Origin: Pseudomonadota bacterium
GTDB lineage: Bacteria > Pseudomonadota > Gammaproteobacteria > Pseudomonadales > JADFDG01
NCBI GenBank assembly: GCA_049324495.1
Contig: JBMOOP010000110.1
Coordinates: forward strand, 26,027 to 90,026
Direction of reading: 5' to 3'
DNA length: 64,000 nt
The first letter of the stretch is position 1, and every line of letters starts with the position of its first letter. A program made the position numbers and the translations under genes. The notes under the pieces are model-generated. The model saw nothing but the letters and a program-made list of their open reading frames with translations, had not been told where the DNA came from and did no database searches. This document shows positions 59,389 to 64,000 of the stretch, piece by piece.

Positions 59389-60803
59389 GCATGTACACGA
59401 ATGCCGGGGTCACGCGTACGCTGCAGGACGTCGCGCTAATTTTCTGCCTGTCGCTGTTGGGGCTGCTGTGGTTGATTGCCAACCCGGGGTACTACAGCCA
59501 CGACGAATTGCAAAAGCTCGATCATGTCGTCCGCTATGGCTTCCAGGAATACCTGAAAGCGTATGTCGTTATCGTCCAAGGCAGTGAGTTTGGCACGCCG
59601 GTGCGGCCGTTCGCCTTCTTCATTCAGGGTGTACTCGCGCTGGGGATGAGGGATTTCCCTTTCCTGGTCCATCTGTTCGACGTGCTCACCCACGCGGCGG
59701 TTGCGGCGCTGGTTTACCTGGCATTGCGGCGGTTCGCCGTCGAACGGCGCGTGGCGCTGGTGGCTGCCGCCGGTTTTGCGCTGAGCCCCATGGCCGTCAT
59801 TGCGGCCGGCTGGTCTGCGGCACTGATGGATCGCTGGTATGTCCTGTTCGGTTTGCTGGCGCTGCTTGCCGTCGAGCGCTTCCTGAGCGGCACACAACAA
59901 AAGCGCTATCTCGTCCTGCTGTTCCTTTGGGCGTCGCTCGCGATCCTGTCCAAGGAAACGGCGATCATGCTGGCCGGGACGATGATGATCTTCATCCTGA
60001 TACGTCCGCAGATCCTGAGGGAACGGAAGTTCTGGGTCGCGCTGGCAGTGTTCGCGCTCCCTGCGCTGCTGTATCTGTTGTATCGCTTGCCGGCCATCGT
60101 TTCCTCGTTCGGCAATCCGGCCGGAGGCGCCTACAAGGCATCGACGGGCAACCTGCCGGAAGGGATCGTCCTCTATCTCGCCTATCCCTTTCTCTATTCG
60201 GTGACGGAGGCAATCAACTGGGTGTTCGTCCCGAAGTTCTGGGTGGGCGTGGCAGTCGCTGCGAACCTTGCCATCCCGCTATTGCTGTGGCGCCTGAAGA
60301 GTGCACGGTTCGCGCTCGGTTATGTCTTTTTCTATTTTCTGTTCCTGCTGCCGGTCCTATTGATCCCGAACCGGGGAGCACATTACCTGTATGGGTCGTC
60401 GATCGTGGTTTGTGTCGCGCTGGCATGCCTGCTCTGCGATCGGGCATCGTGGTTCAGTCCGCACCGTATCGCTGCCCTCGGCCTAGCCGCCGTTTTGCTG
60501 GTGCACACCGTTTACCTGCAGGTATTTGTATATTCGATCGGGTCATGCATGGACTCGGCGATGACTGGCGTCGAAGCGAGCTATCTTGGCATCGACAGGC
60601 CTTCTGCGCTCGAGTTGCGCGCGGAGCCCGGTGCTCCTGGCCATGTTCTTCACCGGTTCACCACCGGGCGCGAGCAGATCGGAGAAAACTATCCGGTGAA
60701 GATGACGGTCGCTGAATGGGATGCACCGTCTGACGGCGCGACGCCGGTTCTGATCATGGACAGGCAGTGTCGGGTTTTTGCCCGCCTTGCACCGAAGCGA
60801 TAG
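59385..60803 (+). CDS. GT-C fold membrane glycosyltransferase (ArnT/PMT-like; GtrC-equivalent candidate)
   Basis: ATGA overlap start. It is polytopic (more than 10 TM) and has an acidic motif in the first loop (YYSHDELQKL), as in GT-C enzymes that use polyprenyl-phosphate sugars. Confidence 0.65.
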   Translation: MSMYTNAGVTRTLQDVALIFCLSLLGLLWLIANPGYYSHDELQKLDHVVRYGFQEYLKAYVVIVQGSEFGTPVRPFAFFIQGVLALGMRDFPFLVHLFDVLTHAAVAALVYLALRRFAVERRVALVAAAGFALSPMAVIAAGWSAALMDRWYVLFGLLALLAVERFLSGTQQKRYLVLLFLWASLAILSKETAIMLAGTMMIFILIRPQILRERKFWVALAVFALPALLYLLYRLPAIVSSFGNPAGGAYKASTGNLPEGIVLYLAYPFLYSVTEAINWVFVPKFWVGVAVAANLAIPLLLWRLKSARFALGYVFFYFLFLLPVLLIPNRGAHYLYGSSIVVCVALACLLCDRASWFSPHRIAALGLAAVLLVHTVYLQVFVYSIGSCMDSAMTGVEASYLGIDRPSALELRAEPGAPGHVLHRFTTGREQIGENYPVKMTVAEWDAPSDGATPVLIMDRQCRVFARLAPKR

Positions 60804-60870
60804 GTTTCGCTCAGTGCGAGGCGGCCGTGAGGACGCTGGATTCCAGACAGGCGAGAAGCGAGAATTAATC

Positions 60871-61977
60871 GTGAACAAGGTTTCCAAGATTCTGTGCGTC
60901 GTCGGCACCCGCCCCGAAGCCATCAAAATGGCCCCGGTCATTCTCGCGCTAAAAAAAGAGCCCTGGGCGGAGGTGCGCGTGCTGGCCACGGCGCAGCATC
61001 GCCACATGCTCGACCAGGTGCTGAAGTTTTTCGATATCGAGCCGGACATCGACCTCGACATCATGAAGCCGAACCAGGCGCTGACGACACTGACGGCGCG
61101 CCTGCTGCTCGATCTTGACGATGTGCTGACCGCCGAAAAGCCGGACGTGGTCCTGGTGCAGGGCGATACCACCACCGTCATGACCGCGGCGCTTGCGTCT
61201 TTCTATCACCGCATCCCGATCGGCCACGTCGAGGCCGGGCTGCGTACCGGCGATATGCAGAATCCCTTTCCGGAAGAAGCCAATCGCGTGATTTCCGGTC
61301 GGTTGGCACGCTGGCATTTTGCGCCGACGGAAAGTTCGCGACAGAACCTCCTGCGCGAAGGCGTTGCCGATACCGCCATCGTTGTTACCGGCAATACCGT
61401 CATCGATGCGCTGCTGATGACGGCGTCGCGCGAGCTCACGCTCGATGTCCCGCTGGTTCCGGACAGGCGAATGGTGCTGATCACGGCGCACCGGCGCGAA
61501 AATTTCGGCGAGCCATTCCGCAACATCTGCCGGGCGCTGCACGATCTCGCTGCTCGCAACCCGGATGTGCAGTTTCTGTATCCGGTACATCCGAATCCGA
61601 ACGTCAAGGACGTGGCGCACGAGATGCTGGGCAAGTGCGCCAACTTCATGTTGTGCGATCCGCTCGACTACGCGCCATTCATCGCCGCCATGAAGCGCGC
61701 GCACTTCATCATCAGTGATTCCGGTGGCGTGCAGGAAGAAGCACCGGCGCTGGGCAAGCCGGTGCTGGTGCTGCGCGAGGAAACAGAACGGCCGGAAGCC
61801 GTGGATGCCGGCGTCGTGAAACTGGTGGGGTCCGATTACCAGCGCATCATGACCGAAGCGCAACGGCTGCTCGACGACGACGTTGCGTACCGGGCGATGG
61901 CTCGCGGTGTTTCACCCTACGGCGACGGCCATGGTGCCGAACGCATCGCCAAGGTATTGCGAGAGCATTTTTCTTGA
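60871..61977 (+). CDS. wecB: UDP-N-acetylglucosamine 2-epimerase (non-hydrolysing)
   Basis: GTG start at 60871. It has ILCVVGTRPEAIKMAP, VQGDTTT, HVEAGLRT and SDSGGVQEEAP motifs. Confidence 0.9.
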   Translation: MNKVSKILCVVGTRPEAIKMAPVILALKKEPWAEVRVLATAQHRHMLDQVLKFFDIEPDIDLDIMKPNQALTTLTARLLLDLDDVLTAEKPDVVLVQGDTTTVMTAALASFYHRIPIGHVEAGLRTGDMQNPFPEEANRVISGRLARWHFAPTESSRQNLLREGVADTAIVVTGNTVIDALLMTASRELTLDVPLVPDRRMVLITAHRRENFGEPFRNICRALHDLAARNPDVQFLYPVHPNPNVKDVAHEMLGKCANFMLCDPLDYAPFIAAMKRAHFIISDSGGVQEEAPALGKPVLVLREETERPEAVDAGVVKLVGSDYQRIMTEAQRLLDDDVAYRAMARGVSPYGDGHGAERIAKVLREHFS

Positions 61978-63083
61978 GGCGACTGGTTTATCTTTCGCCG
62001 GTTCCGTGGGCGAGCTACGCCCAGCGTCCGCATCACTTCGTGAGATGGTTTCGCGCGCGCACCCGCGGCGAGGTGCTGTGGGTGGATCCGTACCCGACGC
62101 GTTTGCCGACGGCCGCTGACTGGCGACGGGTTGGTCGCGCCGATGAGCCTGTCGATATCGTTGTGCCCGATTGGCTGCGCCTCGTCCGGCCCAGGGCGCT
62201 CCCGATCGAACCATTGCCCGGCTCGACCTTCATCAATCGCCCGTTGTGGTGCAATACCCTGGAGCGTGCCAGCGATTTTCTGGCGGCGGGCGATGCCGTC
62301 ATCTGCATCGGCAAGCCATCCGCGCTCGCGCTGGATGTGTTGCGCGGCGCGGCAGGCGTGCCGGCAGTCTATGACGCGATGGACGATTTTCCGGCGTTCT
62401 ATTCGGGATTGTCGAAGGTATCGATGCGCAGGCGTGAGGGGACAATCCTCGCGCAGGTTTCCCGGGTGCTGGTTTCTTCGACTGCGCTGGCGGGGCGTTT
62501 CGCTGCGCAAGATATCGAGGCGACGCTGGCACTCAATGCCTGCGCGACCGATACGCTACCGCCGGTCGCGGCTCTGCCGCCACGACCGGCGAAAGAGGTG
62601 ATTGGTTACGTGGGTACCATTGGCGCCTGGTTTGACTGGGAATTGGTGACGAGAATCGCAAAAGAGAACCCGCAGGCTCAGCTCAGGTTGATCGGGCCGC
62701 TGTATCTGCCACCGCCAGGCGCCTTGCCGGCAAACGTGTCGCTGGTGCCGGCTTGCGATCATGCAGCGGCGATCCGCGCCATGACGGAATTTTCTGTGGG
62801 CTTGATTCCTTTCCGTCTGACGCCGCTGACGGCATCGGTCGACCCGATAAAATATTACGAGTACCGGGCGCTCGGGTTGCCAGTAGCCTCGACGCGATTT
62901 GGTGAGATGGCGCTGCGCGGGCAAAATGACGGTGTACTTTTGATTGGGGCAGAAGATGAGTTGTCCAATCTGGTAAGGGTAGCGAGTCATCTTGTGCCTA
63001 CGCACGCACAGCAGCTGGAGTTCCGCACGAAGAATTCCTGGGAGGCTCGCTTCGATGCAGCCGGTATTATCGGCGGACTGTGA
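61974..63083 (+). CDS. GT-B glycosyltransferase (TuaH-like), paralogous to the GT4-like domain of the 53422-56940 protein
   Basis: TTG start overlapping the wecB stop. It shares motif blocks with the large protein (QRPHHF/QRPQQL, IGYVGTIGAWFDWELV/IGYYGAIAEWFDIELV, DPIKYYEYRALGLPV/NPVKVYEYLSAGKPV). Confidence 0.7.
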   Translation: MRRLVYLSPVPWASYAQRPHHFVRWFRARTRGEVLWVDPYPTRLPTAADWRRVGRADEPVDIVVPDWLRLVRPRALPIEPLPGSTFINRPLWCNTLERASDFLAAGDAVICIGKPSALALDVLRGAAGVPAVYDAMDDFPAFYSGLSKVSMRRREGTILAQVSRVLVSSTALAGRFAAQDIEATLALNACATDTLPPVAALPPRPAKEVIGYVGTIGAWFDWELVTRIAKENPQAQLRLIGPLYLPPPGALPANVSLVPACDHAAAIRAMTEFSVGLIPFRLTPLTASVDPIKYYEYRALGLPVASTRFGEMALRGQNDGVLLIGAEDELSNLVRVASHLVPTHAQQLEFRTKNSWEARFDAAGIIGGL

Positions 63084-63966
63084 CATCATCATCGTCAACC
63101 ACAATGCCGGCGCCTTGCTCGCCCGCTGTGTCGGTGCCGTACAGGGTGTCGCATCACGGATTATCGTCGTCGACAATGACTCGCAGGACGACAGCCTGGC
63201 GTTGTTGCAACAGGCAGTGCCGCAGAACGAGCGGCTGCAACTAATCCGCACCGGCCGCAATCTCGGCTTTTCCGCCGGCTGCAACATCGGCATTGCCGCA
63301 TCAACGGCGAATCACCTGCTGTTCCTGAATCCGGATTGCGTCATGCAACCTGGTTCGCTGCAGCGCCTGCTTGCCGTGTTGCAACATGATGCAACGCTCG
63401 GCATGGTCGGCGGGCTGCTGACCAACCCGGACGGCACCGAGCAAGCCGGCGGCCGGCGTTCGGTGCCAACACCTTGGCGATCCTTGGTGCGGGTTCTTGG
63501 CCTTGCACATTTTTCGTCACGCTGGCCGGCATTATTTCCCGATTTCAACCTGCACGAGCAGCCTCTGCCTGCGGAGCCGGTCGAAGTGGAAGCAATTTCC
63601 GGTGCACTCATGCTGGTTCGCCGCCAGGCGATGGAAGATGTCGGTCTGTGGGATGAGGGCTACTTTCTACACTGCGAAGATCTCGATTGGTGCATGCGCT
63701 TTCGCCAGAGTGGCTGGAAAATTTTTTTTGTTCCGGATGCGCCGGTTGTGCACGAGCAGGGTGCATGCAGCAGGGCACGACCGGTATTTGTCGAATGGCA
63801 CAAGCATCGCGGCATGATGCGTTTCTACGGCAAGTTTTTCCGCAATCAATATCCGGGCGTGCTGGGCTGGCTGATCAATCTCGCGGTGTGGCTGCGCTTT
63901 GCTGCCGTGGTGTTGCGCATACAGGCCCGTAAGCTGTTGCCGGGTGCGAAGGTTACGCATGAGTGA
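63055..63966 (+). CDS. family 2 glycosyltransferase (rhamnosyltransferase-like)
   Basis: It has DIIIVNHNAG, VVDNDSQD, the NLGFSAGCN motif, and CEDLDWCMR (the ED motif). ATG at 63055 overlaps the previous gene by 29 nt. Confidence 0.8.
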   Translation: MQPVLSADCDIIIVNHNAGALLARCVGAVQGVASRIIVVDNDSQDDSLALLQQAVPQNERLQLIRTGRNLGFSAGCNIGIAASTANHLLFLNPDCVMQPGSLQRLLAVLQHDATLGMVGGLLTNPDGTEQAGGRRSVPTPWRSLVRVLGLAHFSSRWPALFPDFNLHEQPLPAEPVEVEAISGALMLVRRQAMEDVGLWDEGYFLHCEDLDWCMRFRQSGWKIFFVPDAPVVHEQGACSRARPVFVEWHKHRGMMRFYGKFFRNQYPGVLGWLINLAVWLRFAAVVLRIQARKLLPGAKVTHE

Positions 63967-64000
63967 GCGCGTCGTCGGCATCATCGGCGCCAGCAGTCTG
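63959..64000 (+). CDS. 5' end of a further gene (possible NAD-dependent epimerase/dehydratase), truncated by window
   Basis: ATG at 63959 overlaps the GT2 stop. The 14 visible codons read MSERVVGIIGASSL, which resembles a Rossmann GxxGxxG start. The fragment is too short to be sure. Confidence 0.3.
   Translation, partial: MSERVVGIIGASSL

Overview
This is high-GC (roughly 63-65%) proteobacterial chromosome, densely coding, with no rRNA, tRNA, CRISPR array or intact mobile element that I can see. Gene order closely follows Pseudomonas-type core synteny. From left to right: an envelope module (CxxCH protein, two beta-barrel proteins, TlpA, DUF4266, DUF3570); pyrC'-pyrB-ruvX-tonB-gshB on the minus strand; the complete Pil-Chp twitching-motility chemosensory operon pilGHIJK-chpABC, including a 2231-aa ChpA; an MBL hydrolase and cytochrome b561; a compact SAM-cycle operon (SahR-like regulator, metK, ahcY, metF, bioA, rsmE) with a 36-bp palindromic operator; a decayed vapBC pair and an orphan 484-aa protein; maeB; tkt-gap-pgk-fba; a hydrolase and dGTPase; a cluster of three lipoproteins and one secreted protein (COG3014-like, YcfL-like, LpoB-like, LPP20-like), preceded by an OMP gene; and serA divergent from a D-2-hydroxyglutarate-dehydrogenase-like gene. 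From 50.4 kb to the window end lies an ABC-transporter-dependent polysaccharide (O-antigen-like) locus. The most interesting element is in that locus. It is a 1172-aa single protein that fuses a SAM methyltransferase, a long coiled coil, a GT4-like domain and a GT2 domain. The coiled coil contains seven near-identical 21-bp (heptad) tandem repeats. The gene sits next to a sulfotransferase and a Wzt with a C-terminal carbohydrate-binding-like extension. I interpret this as a candidate one-protein polymerase, terminator and length-variable molecular ruler. All homology calls rest on motif recognition by eye, because no database search was possible.
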